Shown here: one piece after another, positions 12,453 to 22,979 of the stretch | How the letters are laid out: each line of letters starts with the position of its first letter | Position numbering within the stretch: position 1 is the first letter of the stretch | Source of the DNA: Mobula hypostoma | Lineage: Eukaryota | Assembly: GCF_963921235.1 (NCBI RefSeq) | Contig: NC_086109.1 | Span: forward strand, 7,442,001-7,506,000 | Direction: 5' to 3' | Length of the DNA stretch: 64,000 nucleotides | Made by a program: the position numbers and the translations under genes | The notes under the pieces: model-generated | What the model saw: the letters and a program-made list of their open reading frames with translations, nothing else | Database searches by the model: none | Told to the model about the DNA's origin: nothing

Positions 12453-13054
12453 ATGGAAAAAGTTACTGGACAGAATTTAAAAGAAAACAGTTTGCAGTGT
12501 CATGGGGAAAGTACCAGGGAGCGTGGACTGAAAGAATTTTTCAACTGGGATCTGACATGAGCTCGAGGTGGTGAACGGAGTGTGCTGAAATAATCTTTAG
12601 ATTCAGTTCTACAATTCCAAATTCTTTCAAGAGGCATTACCATTCCTTTGCATGTTATCTATGCAAATGAGTCACCTCCTGGGATTGAAGTGGAGACTTA
12701 ATTAGAACAGAGAGCTTGTCAAAATTCAGAGAATTTCTGAAAAAAATAGCCTGAGGCAGTTAGACCTGATTCAGCATTTTAAACTGAGCAAAAATATGTT
12801 TTAATATCGTAACCGTTAACTTGGCAACCCTCCAAATTAAAGCCAAGTGAGCCAAAGTGTATTAGATTTCTTGGAAAAAAATGCCAGCAAAGCAGTTAGC
12901 AATATTGGATAAATGTTTGTTTAAGATTGGGAATGGAAGTTACGGTGCTGTATAAATAAAAACAAATTGAACAAATCCTCCAGAGAACATAATTGTTCAT
13001 TTGAGACATGTATTTGAGATCCAGACATACACTTGGTGTCTGCTTTAATAGTTG

Positions 13055-13560
13055 TCTCCTGTACCTGGTAAAGTGGCCACTTAGTGTATGTTCATGGTCT
13101 TCCGCTGCTGCAGCCCGTCCACTTCAAGGTGAATAGTGCTATGTGTTCAGAGATGCTTTACTGCACACCATGGCTGTTGTGACTCATGGTTATTTAAATA
13201 CTGTTGCCTTCCTGTCAGCTTGAACCAGCCTGGCCATTCTCCTCTGACCTCACTCATTAACATTCCATGTTCACCCACAGAACTGCTGCTCACTGGATCT
13301 TTTTTTGTTATTCACACCATTCTCTGTAAACTCCAGAGGCAGTCGTGCATGAAAATCCCAGGAGATCAGCAGTTTCTAAGATATTCAACCCCCACCGCGC
13401 CCCCCCCCAATCTGGCACCAACAATCATTTCATTGTCAAAGTCACTTAGATCACATTTCTTCCCCGTTCTGATGTTTGGTCTAAATACCACCTGAGCCTT
13501 TTGCTTTTATGCATTGTGTTCTGCTGCGTGACTAGATAATGACCAATAAAGAAGCCATCT
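13055..13560 (-). mobile_element. Non-autonomous Tc1-like element
   Basis: Reverse strand encodes GKKCDLSDFDNEMIVGAR (Tc1 transposase N-terminus); TIR-like aaagtggccacttagtgta matches the element end at 63932-63960. Confidence 0.75.
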
Positions 13561-13609
13561 GCAATATCAACAGCTCTGGACAAGTTGGGACACAACTAAA
13601 GACATTCCA

Positions 13610-14375
13610 ACTCAGTCGTGTAGTACTGGTCACCTCATTATAGGAAGGATGTAGAAGCTTTAGAGAGGGCGCAGATGAAATTTATCAAGATGTTCCACAA
13701 ACAAGAGAAGATCTGCAGATGCTGGAAATCCAGTGCAACACACACAAAATGCTGGAGGAACTCAATAAACCGGGCAGCATCTGCGGAAGTGAGTAAACTG
13801 TCGGCGTTTTGGGCCGAGACCCTTTATCATCATGAAGGGTCTTGGCCTGAAATGTCAACTGTTTACTCTTTTCCACAGATGCTCCCTGACCTGCCGAGTT
13901 CCTCCAGCATTTTGCGTGTGCTTCCAGGAAGTTGCCTGGATAAGAGAGCGTTTCTTATGAGGAGAGCCTGAGCGAGCTGATGCTTTTATTTTTGCAGTGA
14001 TGGAGGATGAGAGCTGACTTGATAGAGGTGTACAAAAATAAGAGGCTAGATAGAGCGGGCAGCCAGAGACTTTTTTCCCCCAGGGCAGAAATGGTTAATA
14101 CGAGGGGGCATAAATTCAAGTTGAATGGCCGATAATATAGGGGGTGGAATGTCTGAGCTAGGCTTTTCTACACAGAGAATGGTGAGGGCATGGAACACAC
14201 TAGTAGATAGTAGATAGTAGAGGTACTTAACAAACCTTTAGATAGGCACATGGATGATAGAAAAATGGAGCGCTATGTGGGAGGGAAGGCCTAGATTGAT
14301 CTTGGAGAAGGTTAAAAAGTCAGTACGACATCGTGGGCTGAAGGACTTGTACTATTCCGTTCCAAATGTTCTAAA
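13610..14375 (+). mobile_element. Old CR1 3' fragment carrying a fold-back Penelope-derived insert (13697-13921)
   Basis: WSPHYRKDVEALERAQMKFIKM is interrupted; the insert has ~90-bp inverted arms centred at ~13830, with ttcca on both sides. Confidence 0.8.
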
Positions 14376-15334
14376 CTAGAACATTCAGTGCTCTAAAATA
14401 GATGTATTGATTTTAATGATACTCAGGGAAAATGGTTTCCTTCTAGCCCTTAGAACTCTGTTAAACACTGTAGTTACCTGAACTGTCTTAACCTCTGTCC
14501 TGTTAATCCAACACAGAATAGCCCTTTTCCTTTTCCAATTGTGTTCACTTACCTGCCATTAGAACCGTTTTGATCGAATGCTTCTGCTATGAATTTACCA
14601 TTTCCATAATTTTTAATTATGGTCCAATATTTAAATCTCTCCTATATTAATCAAGATCAGAAATGCAAACTCCAAGACATTACATCAATAATATTTGGAG
14701 AATATTAGCCGTAAAGGGGTTAAATAATTAACAACTGGGAATGATATACTTCATCAAAGCCACCCACATTAAATATTGAGCGTCTCCACCGAATTAATCT
14801 GTCACACTCCCACACAGTCAAGAAGATGTTTCTTATTCCCTTAATGACTAGATCTCCCACTTCCCATCCCAGCTTAGAAATGCACCAGACAGCTTTGTGA
14901 TGAAGAGTAAACTTAAGCTCAGTTAGTTTCTCATTCCCTGATCATCAAGACCAGGAGCAGAATTAGCCCACTTGACCCATTGAGTCTGCACTACAATTCC
15001 AACATGGTTGATTTATTATTCCTCTCCTGCCTTCTCCCTCTAACCATCGACACCACCTTCTTGCTACTGAAATTCCTCCTCATCTTCGTTCAAAATGGAC
15101 GTCCCTCCATTCTGAGAGTGTGCTGTCTGGTCCTAGACTTCCCCCACTATAGGAAACATCCTCGCCATATCCACTCTACCTAGGCCCTTCAGTATTTGTT
15201 CGCAGTGATGAGGGGATCACCTCTGCCATCCAAATGGGTATTGAATCCATGACCCCTACCTCACTATCTCCTTTTTGCACCACTTATTAATTAAATATTA
15301 AATATATAATACCATAAAGGCTTTTTAAAGCAAG

Positions 15335-15903
15335 CTGGCAGCTAGTAATGCCGGGAAGAGCAGTCGCCCACGCCCCAAAGCGCCACACTGCCCCCATCTG
15401 AAGGGGTCAGCCATCCCCAGCAACCCCAGAGTTTACAACAAAGTCCAAAAGTCCCGGTGGTGTGGTAGACAACTGTCTGGGGTGCTGTGTGGGGGGGTGT
15501 TTGTAGCCTCCTCCCCCCAAGAGAGGCAAGAGGCAGGGCACCTGGAGAGTCACCTCCTTTCCTCAGCCTCGCTGGGTCGGTGGTGGCCAGGGGCCGACAC
15601 GGCGCAGCGAGACCGCCTACCACCGCCCAGGCAGCCGCAGCCGGTATACCACATCAGGGATGCAGTTGAGCGCCTCTCCCGGCCCCTTCCAGTGGCTTCC
15701 AAGCTTGGTGGGAATAGTCTGGTCTTCCAGATGGGGCAGCAGACTCATACTCGGTCTCCCACCGTAAAGTCCTGTCCCCGGCTGCGGGCGTCGTAAGCGG
15801 CCGCTAGCTACGGTTTGGTTCTGCTGAGCTGCAGCGAGAACCACAGGTGCCCCCGGAGCTGGTCAGGAAGAGTTTTCTTTGCTCACCCTTTAGTTAAGTT
15901 AAG
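15335..15903. other. Unclassified GC/CpG-rich insert, probably a young non-autonomous retroposon
   Basis: Sharp compositional shift from AT-rich flanks, many retained CpGs, several internal inverted repeats, ends in tagttaagttaag; no recognisable protein. Confidence 0.45.
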
Positions 15904-16106
15904 ATTCATAAATATAATTCCTAAATAAATATAATTCATAAATATAACATTCTGTCATTTCATGGCATTTATTTGTAACAGGGTAGCATCCACACTAACC
16001 GGAGGTTGGGATGGGAGAGCGGACTGAATCTCACGGGTTTGACAGCATCGGAGAGTGTCTTCCCTAGACTTCTGCGGCCGAGGAAACCAGGGATTTTCAG
16101 TTTATT

Positions 16107-16305
16107 AGCCGGCCGGTGATGTAGTGGCGTCTGCACGGGACTTTGGGCGAGTGGTCCTGGTTTGAATCCGGCCGGCTCCTTCCACACTCTCCATCCGTGC
16201 TGGACTGAACATCAAGCTGGCAACTCGGCCTCGTAAAAAACTGACAAATGCCAAAGAAACGGCAACTGCTGCCCGATGTGTCACAAGGCGAGAGAGGAAC
16301 AATAA
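16107..16305 (+). mobile_element. tRNA-derived SINE
   Basis: Head agccggccggtgatgtagtgg...ggtttgaatccggccggct (A box, B box, acceptor-like stem); second copy at 57557-57760. Confidence 0.8.
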
Positions 16306-16334
16306 CTGGTTTATTATTGTCACATGCACTGATC

Positions 16335-16872
16335 AGGATCGACCGTAGATGCTGCATCCTTGCTGCCTTTGTGATACACAAGTCGGGGCAGTTGGATATG
16401 GAGAGCAGGCTGCTGCCTGTGTAGCAAGCTCCCCCTCTCCACACTGCTGATGAGACCCATACAGCTTGGCACCAGTGGCATTGCAGGAGCTGCCAGTCAG
16501 CACTGAACTCGACACAGGACTGCCTTAGGGACTCCAGCTCTGGATTTTCCCCTCGGGGTGTATTCCTGAAGCCTACCCCATGAGTGGATATATCCGCAAG
16601 GCAGTGGACATTTGAGATCAGAGTCTTCCTTCTCCTAGATGAGCTGCTAACCACAGTTGATGAGCCCAATCTGCCCGGAGCGACTGGTTTTAAGGTGCCA
16701 GTAACCCACCTTTGCCCCTTCTCCTGTCAGTAGAAATGGTTCTGTCAGGCTTAGTAGCTAAGCCACATGTAAAGGCCAGGAGCTGGACTCAGAGGCTGTT
16801 TGAGGAGCTCACCATGGGAGCATGGGAGCTTGTCCCCACTCGTCCCCCTGGCTATGACAAGCTTAAGGAACC
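16335..16872 (-). mobile_element. Family B repeat, second copy, nested in a Rex-type fragment (16305-17450, minus)
   Basis: Colinear similarity to 11900-12452; the host Rex sequence resumes after it (ELQRAVSTAQ...CLRKAAGINKDHTH). Confidence 0.65.
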
Positions 16873-17589
16873 ACAGGCACTGTGAGAAGATTTTTGTTAT
16901 GTGTCTTTCAGACAGATATTACTTACGTGAGTGCATCGAGGCATAACAAAAGGAAAAACAGAATTCAGAATGTAGTGTTACAGTAGCAGAGAAAAATGCC
17001 GTGTAGACAGACAAATAAAGTGCAAGGCCCTGACCAGACAGATTGGGAGATCAAGTCTTGGCGTGAGAGCCAGCCAATAGTGATGACAGTGGGACTGAAT
17101 CTGGTGGTTCATACCGTCAGGCTTTTGCGTCGTCTGCCCGGTGGGAGAGGGGAGAAGCGAGTGGGTGTGGTCTTTGTTTATGCCGGCTGCCTTGCGAAGG
17201 CAGCCGAAAGTGTAGGCAGAATCATTCGCAGAGAGGCTGGTTTGCGTCATGGTCTGGGCTGTGCTCACAGCTCTCTGCAATTCTGTGGGCAGAGCAGTTG
17301 CCGTACCAAGCCGTGAAGCATCTGGGTAGAACGCCCTCTGGGGCACGCGGATAGACATCGGCCTCAGTCACCAGGCCGTTGCAGAATTTCCTTAGCCTCC
17401 TGTGGAGAGAGAGGCATTAGTGTGTCTTCTTGATCGTTGCATTCATTCTCGCCCAGCAGTGCAAGAAACTGCCAAGAGCTGTGCACACAGCCTTGTCAGC
17501 ACATAAAGCTAGGAAAGACGTAGAGATGGGACTTCATGTGAAGCAAATTCTAGATCAGCAGATGCAGCGTAGTCTTTAAAAAGCTAATT

Positions 17590-18140
17590 ATAAAGAACGT
17601 CGCTTTACAACAGAGATGAGGAGGGATTTCTTTAGCCTGACGGCAGTGAATCTGTGGAATTCATTGCCACCGGCAGCTGTGCAGGCCAAGTCATTGGGTA
17701 TGTTTAAGGCAGAGGCTGATGTATTCTTGATTAGTGGTTACGGGGCGAAGGCAGGAGAATGGGGTTGAGAGGGATAATAAATCAGCCATGATAGAATGGC
17801 AGAGCAGACTCGATGGGCCAAAAGGCCTACTTCTGCTCATATGTCTTATTATAAAAGTTTTATTTAAATTTTTGCTTATTTAGGAACACAGAGTGGAACA
17901 GAACCTTCTGGCCCAATGAGCTATAACCGCCCAGCAAACCACCGATTTGATCCTAGCCTAATCACAGGACAATTTACAATGACCGGTTAACCTACTAACC
18001 CGTAGGTCTTTGGGCGGTGGGAGTAAACCCTCGCGGTTACGGCGAGAACGTACAAACTCCTCGCAGACGGCATCGGAGTTGAACTCTGAACTCTGACCCC
18101 CCCCCCGAGCTGTAATAACGCCGCACTACCCGCTGCACTC
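17590..18140. mobile_element. CR1 3' end (+, 17590-17850) and V-SINE (-, 17870-18140)
   Basis: gagatgaggagggatttctttagcc...gagcagactcgatgggcc; V-domain gagaacgtacaaactcc on the opposite strand. Confidence 0.8.
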
Positions 18141-19062
18141 GAACCCGAGGGACAGACAAGCAAAATGATCTGCTGTGACGGGGAGACAGCACACATGCAG
18201 CAGATCTCTTGCTAGGCGCCCCGGCAGGTTTTAATTTCACACCATCTCAGAGTGTGAGTGATGTTTATTGTCGAATTTGTGTGGCCTTTTTATCGACCAT
18301 TTGGTTCGAAGCATCTGAAATGCTTTCTGTTTGTCAGTGGCCCATGTGGGAGGAGTCAGGGGATGTGTTGCCTATCAAATAGTTTAATTTAAAATCTGTA
18401 CAACTGCAGAGAAGCTAAACTCAGGCTGACGTCACTGCTGTCTGGGGATGCTTGATTTACGGGTATACAGTATGTAGCTACGCGCAGAGAGTGACCAGAA
18501 TATGAAAGGAATTGGGAAAAATAATAGTCTTTTCTGCCCTTGTATGAGCTAATCCCAATTGACACGGTGAAATGTTTTCAGAGAAACAGCTTGATGGTAT
18601 ACAGACTGATCCTTCACCTCAGACCTGCAGTCTCTGCTCTCCACCTCAAGGTGACTTCTTGTCAGAGCTTTATCAGGATGCACTGATTGCTCAGTCAGAA
18701 CAGCCGACATCTCCACAAGGCTCCAGGCTCGTGTGAGCCCGGTATCCTGGCATGTTCGAGTAAGCAGGTGTCTCACATCGGGATGTGAGCGTCAACACGC
18801 TGGAAGTAGGGGCAAGGCAGGTGTCTCAAGCATGGGGGGAGGGGGAGTGAGGGCAAGAAAGGCGGGGAGAGAAAAATAAAAATAAATACTTCTTCCTCTG
18901 AAGGGTAGGTAATCTGTGATTGAAAATCTAAAGAACAGTAAGAGCCTAGCCCTTTCGGTTAACTGAAGTGCCAAGCACAGCCCCAACAACCTTCAATAAG
19001 CTAATCTTCATTCAGTACACAACTTCGATCGTCAGTAGGTTACAGACATCGGACGGGAGGTC

Positions 19063-19606
19063 CAGGAGCCTCAGGACTCACAGCACCAGGTTCAGAACCC
19101 ACACCACTGAGAATCTCAGGACCCACAACATCAGGAGTCTCAGAACCCACAACACCAGGAGTCTCAGGACCCACACCACCAGGAGTCTCAGAACCCACAA
19201 CACCAGGAGTCTCAGGACCCACACCACCAGGAGTCTCAGAACCCACAACACCAGGAGTCTCAGAACTCACACCACCAGGAGTCTCAGAACCCACAACACC
19301 AGGAGTCTCAGAACTCACACCACCAGGAGTCTCAGAACCCACAACACCAGGAGTCTCAGGACCCACAACACCAGGAGTCTCAGGACCCACACCACCAGGA
19401 GTCTCAGAACCCACAACACCAGGAGTCTCAGGACCCACACCACCAGGAGTCTCAGAACCCACACCACCAGGAGTCTCAGGACCCACAACACCGGGAGTCT
19501 CAGGACCCACAACACCGGGAGTCTCAGGACCCACAACACCAGGAGTTTCAGGTCTCAGGACTCAGAACACCAGGAGTCTCAGGTCTCAGGACTCACAACA
19601 CCAGGT
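19063..19606 (+). repeat. 24-bp minisatellite, ~18 regular units plus degenerate ends, expanded inside a Rex-type LINE 3' end
   Basis: Unit aggagtctcag(a/g)acccaca(a/c)cacc encodes RSLRTH(N/T)T; LINE sequence resumes with ccaggttcaggaacag and the Rex tail ends at ~19935. Confidence 0.95.
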
Positions 19607-20009
19607 TCAGGAACAGTTATTACCCCTGAACCAGAGGGGATAACTTCACTCACCCTAACACTGAATTGATTCCATAACCTATGGACACATGCAAGGAACC
19701 TTCATCTCATGTTCTTGATAATTATTGCTTATTTGCTTTTACTATTATTTTGTTTTTTTCGTATGTACACACTCTGTTGCCCTTTGCACATTCTTTGCCC
19801 ATCTTTTGTGTGTTTCTTCGTCGATTCTATTGGGTTACTTTGTATTGACTGTGAATGCCCACAAGAAAGCGAATCTCAGAGTTTTATATGGTGACATAAG
19901 TGTACTTGGATAATAAATTCACTTTGAACTTCGAACCCAGGCATTCATTCCCTCTGACCCAGGCAGGCGGTGGCTGCAGTGTGCGATGCCAGTGTGCAGT
20001 GGATGAGCA

Positions 20010-20735
20010 GCACAAATGCCATCTACAGATTCGCTGATGACGCAACTGCTCCTGGGAGACTATCAGACGGTGACAAGGAGGCAGCCAGGAGCGAGATCGA
20101 TCGGCGCTGCAACCACAAACTCGAGCTGGGTGTCAGCAAGACGAAGGAACTGACTGTGGACTTCAGGAAAGGGGGGTTGGGAGAACAGGCACGAGCCCTC
20201 ACTGAGGGGTCGGTGGTGAAGACTGTGAGCAGCTTTAGGCTTCTGGGTGTGAACAACTCTGAGGATCTATCCTGGGGATAACTGGTCGATGCACCAGCAG
20301 CTATACTTCATTAGGAGCTTAACAAGATCTGGTATGGCCACCCAGGATGGCTGCACGATGGAGACCATTCTGACAGGTTGCATCACTGTCTGGTATGCAG
20401 ACTGCAATGTGCAAAGTCAGCAAAAGCTGTGGAGGATTGTAAACTGAGTCAATTGTATCTTGGATACATTTTCATAAGACAATATCTTAAAAAGCTGGGA
20501 TCCATCATGAAGGACCCTCACAATCCAGGACGTCCCCTCTTCTCATGGCTACCATCGGGAGCCTGAAGACACACACTCAACAATTTAGGAACAGCTTCTT
20601 CCCCTCTGCTATCAGATTCCTCAATGGTCCGTGCTCCCGTGAACATCACTTCACTATATTGAACTCTTTCTGCATTTTTTATTTTTTATACATTCTTATT
20701 ATAGCATACAATAAGTTTTATGTATTGCACTGTCC
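20010..20735 (+). mobile_element. Degraded Rex-type LINE RT C-terminal half
   Basis: NAIYRFADDAT...VSKTKELTVDFRKG...VSSFRLLGVNNSEDLSW...FRNSFFPSAIRFLNG. Confidence 0.85.
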
Positions 20736-20739
20736 TGCA

Positions 20740-20990
20740 GAATGCTTTACAGTACCAGCGACACGGGTTCAGTTCCCGCTGCTGACTTTAAGGAGTTTGT
20801 ACGTTCTCCCTGTGACCGCGTGGGTTTCCTCCGGGTGCTCCGGTTTCCTCCCACAGTCCAAAGACTTGGTAGGTTATTTGGTCATGGTGAAGTGCCCCGT
20901 GATTAGGCTGGGGTTCAATGAGGGGACTGCTGGGCGGGGCGGCTGGAAGGGACAGGAGGACTTGTTCTGCTCTGTATCTCTAAAAGGAAT
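20740..20990 (+). mobile_element. V-SINE (HE1-like)
   Basis: ggagtttgtacgttctccctgtgaccgcgtgggtttcctccgggtgctccggtttcctcccacagtccaaagac (V-domain). Confidence 0.88.
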
Positions 20991-21432
20991 GAACTGATAA
21001 ATGAACAGACATGTGCCGGTGACAATGAACCTGGTCCTGATTCCGAATCCACACATTGCAATGTGGGTACTCACCAAGCTCGGAGATGGAGTAGTACTCT
21101 CACCAGTTCTCCCACAGACAACCACCGGCACCAGGAGGATGAGGGCAGCAGGTCCACGGAGCACCACCACCTCCTCATCGCTCCCCTCCGAGCCCCACCT
21201 GGCCCTGACAGGTTTGTCCTTCGTCAGAGAGCATCAAACGTAGAACAGCGTAGCACAGGAGCAGGCCCTCCAGCCCATGATGTCGTGCCAAACTAATTAA
21301 ACGCCGATTAAAAGCCTACTAATGATTCCTTCTGTCCAGACAAGTACATATCCCTCTAATCCAAGCACACTATCTAAGAGCCTCTTTACCAGCTCTGTTT
21401 TATCACCCTCCATCTCCAACCCTGGCAGCCTC

Positions 21433-21586
21433 AGTCCCCAGGAGATGTGCAGCAAATCAGAAACACAGGAGATTCTGCAGATGCTGGAAATCCAGAGCAA
21501 CACAGACACACAGACACACACAGACACACACAAGCACGCCCACGCACGCGCACAAACACACACACATACACACACACACACACACA

Positions 21587-21621
<35 letters not shown>

Positions 21622-21624
21622 GCT

Positions 21625-21655
<31 letters not shown>

Positions 21656-22020
21656 ACACACACACACACAGACGCTCACACACTCACACATGCGCACAAT
21701 GCTGGAGGAACTCAGCAGGTCAGGCAGCCTCTTTTCTTACTTCCCGTTACGCCATTGGCGTTTAGGGCAGCAATGAAGGTGCCCTTTCTCTTGCAGTGTT
21801 CAGGACTTCCTTCATCGGGTCAGTTGCTTGGTTTGTACTACCGTCAGTCATCCAAGCCCCAGAGGAGACTCCGGGACTCGGGAATACCATCACACCCAGA
21901 TGTGAGAAGATTCTTCACTGCTGTTTCCATAATAATGTTGCTCTGCAAGTCAGGGTTGTTAGCCCTAAGCAGGTAGACGAATAAGCAGTCGCCATCTTGG
22001 ATCAAGACCCTTCATCATGA
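21433..22020 (-). mobile_element. Penelope-derived element with an expanded compound (CA)n tract, inserted in a CR1 tail and interrupted by an RTE-related repeat (family C, 21733-21965)
   Basis: gattctgcagatgctggaaatccagagcaac(ca)n...atgctggaggaactcagcaggtcaggcagc; the host CR1 (-) at 21240-21430 resumes at ~22020 (accactgccctgtgtaaaaaacttg). Confidence 0.75.
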
Positions 22021-22723
22021 CCACTGCCCTGTGTAAAAAACTTGCTCTCCACACCTCCCTTGAATGTCCACCCCACCCCACCCTGCGGTCCCGCTTTAAA
22101 CGCATCCCCTTGGGTGCTGGCCATTTCCATCCTGTGAATATTCCTGGAAATCCTTTTCCCATTGCAGCGCCATCACTGGAAGGACTGTGTCAGCTCAGGA
22201 AGATGGACTGACTCATGCATAGCAAGCCATTCTGTGAAATGAAGATAAAACATAGAGGGGTCTCTTGTTGCTGTCATGGTAAGCAGCAAGCTTTGACCAC
22301 CTGCCACCAATGAATGCCATAATTTGGCAATAAATATTGCTTACTTACTGCCCGTTACACTGCTGGCATTAAGGAAGGTCCCCCACCTCTATCTGCATAG
22401 AAGGATTCTTCATTGCTTCGTTGTTTTTTGACCATTCAAAGCTACTAGCCCTGAGTTGAACCTCCGAGCCTGGAGGACCGGTGGACCACTCTTAGTCTGG
22501 GCTCTTCCCTTTGACCTGTTGGGTGTAGGTGACCCTACCAGAGCCAAATTTGTTGCCACAGATGGCTATGGAGGCCAGGTCATTGGGTATATTTAAAGTT
22601 GAGGTGGATAGGTTCTCGATTAGACAGGGTGTCAAAAGTTATGGAGCGAAGACAGGAGAATGGGGTTGAGAGGGATAATAAATCAGCCATGATGGAATGG
22701 TGGAGCAGACTCGATGGGCTGAA

Positions 22724-22734
22724 TGTGTGTGTGT

Positions 22735-22765
<31 letters not shown>

Positions 22766-22792
22766 AGTGTGTGTGTGTGTGTGTGTGTGAGC

Positions 22793-22823
<31 letters not shown>

Positions 22824-22979
22824 AGTGTGTGTGTGTGTGTGTGTATGTGTGTGTGTTTGTGCGCGTGCGTGGGCGTGCTTGTGTGTGTCTGTGTGTGTCT
22901 GTGTGTCTGTGTTGCTCTGGATTTCCAGCATCTGCAGAATCTCCTGTGTTTCTGATTTGCTGCACATCTCCTGGGGACT
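22724..22979 (+). repeat. Inverted near-identical copy of 21433-~21670, including the compound (TG)n microsatellite
   Basis: Reverse complement matches the left copy, including the interruptions gcacgcccacgcacgcgc and agacgctc and the flank agtccccaggagatgtgcagcaaatc. Confidence 0.92.

Noticed and set aside
16107..16180. tRNA gene (also 57557-57630)
   Set aside because: The cloverleaf is degenerate and both copies continue into a shared ~130-bp body, so these are SINE heads.
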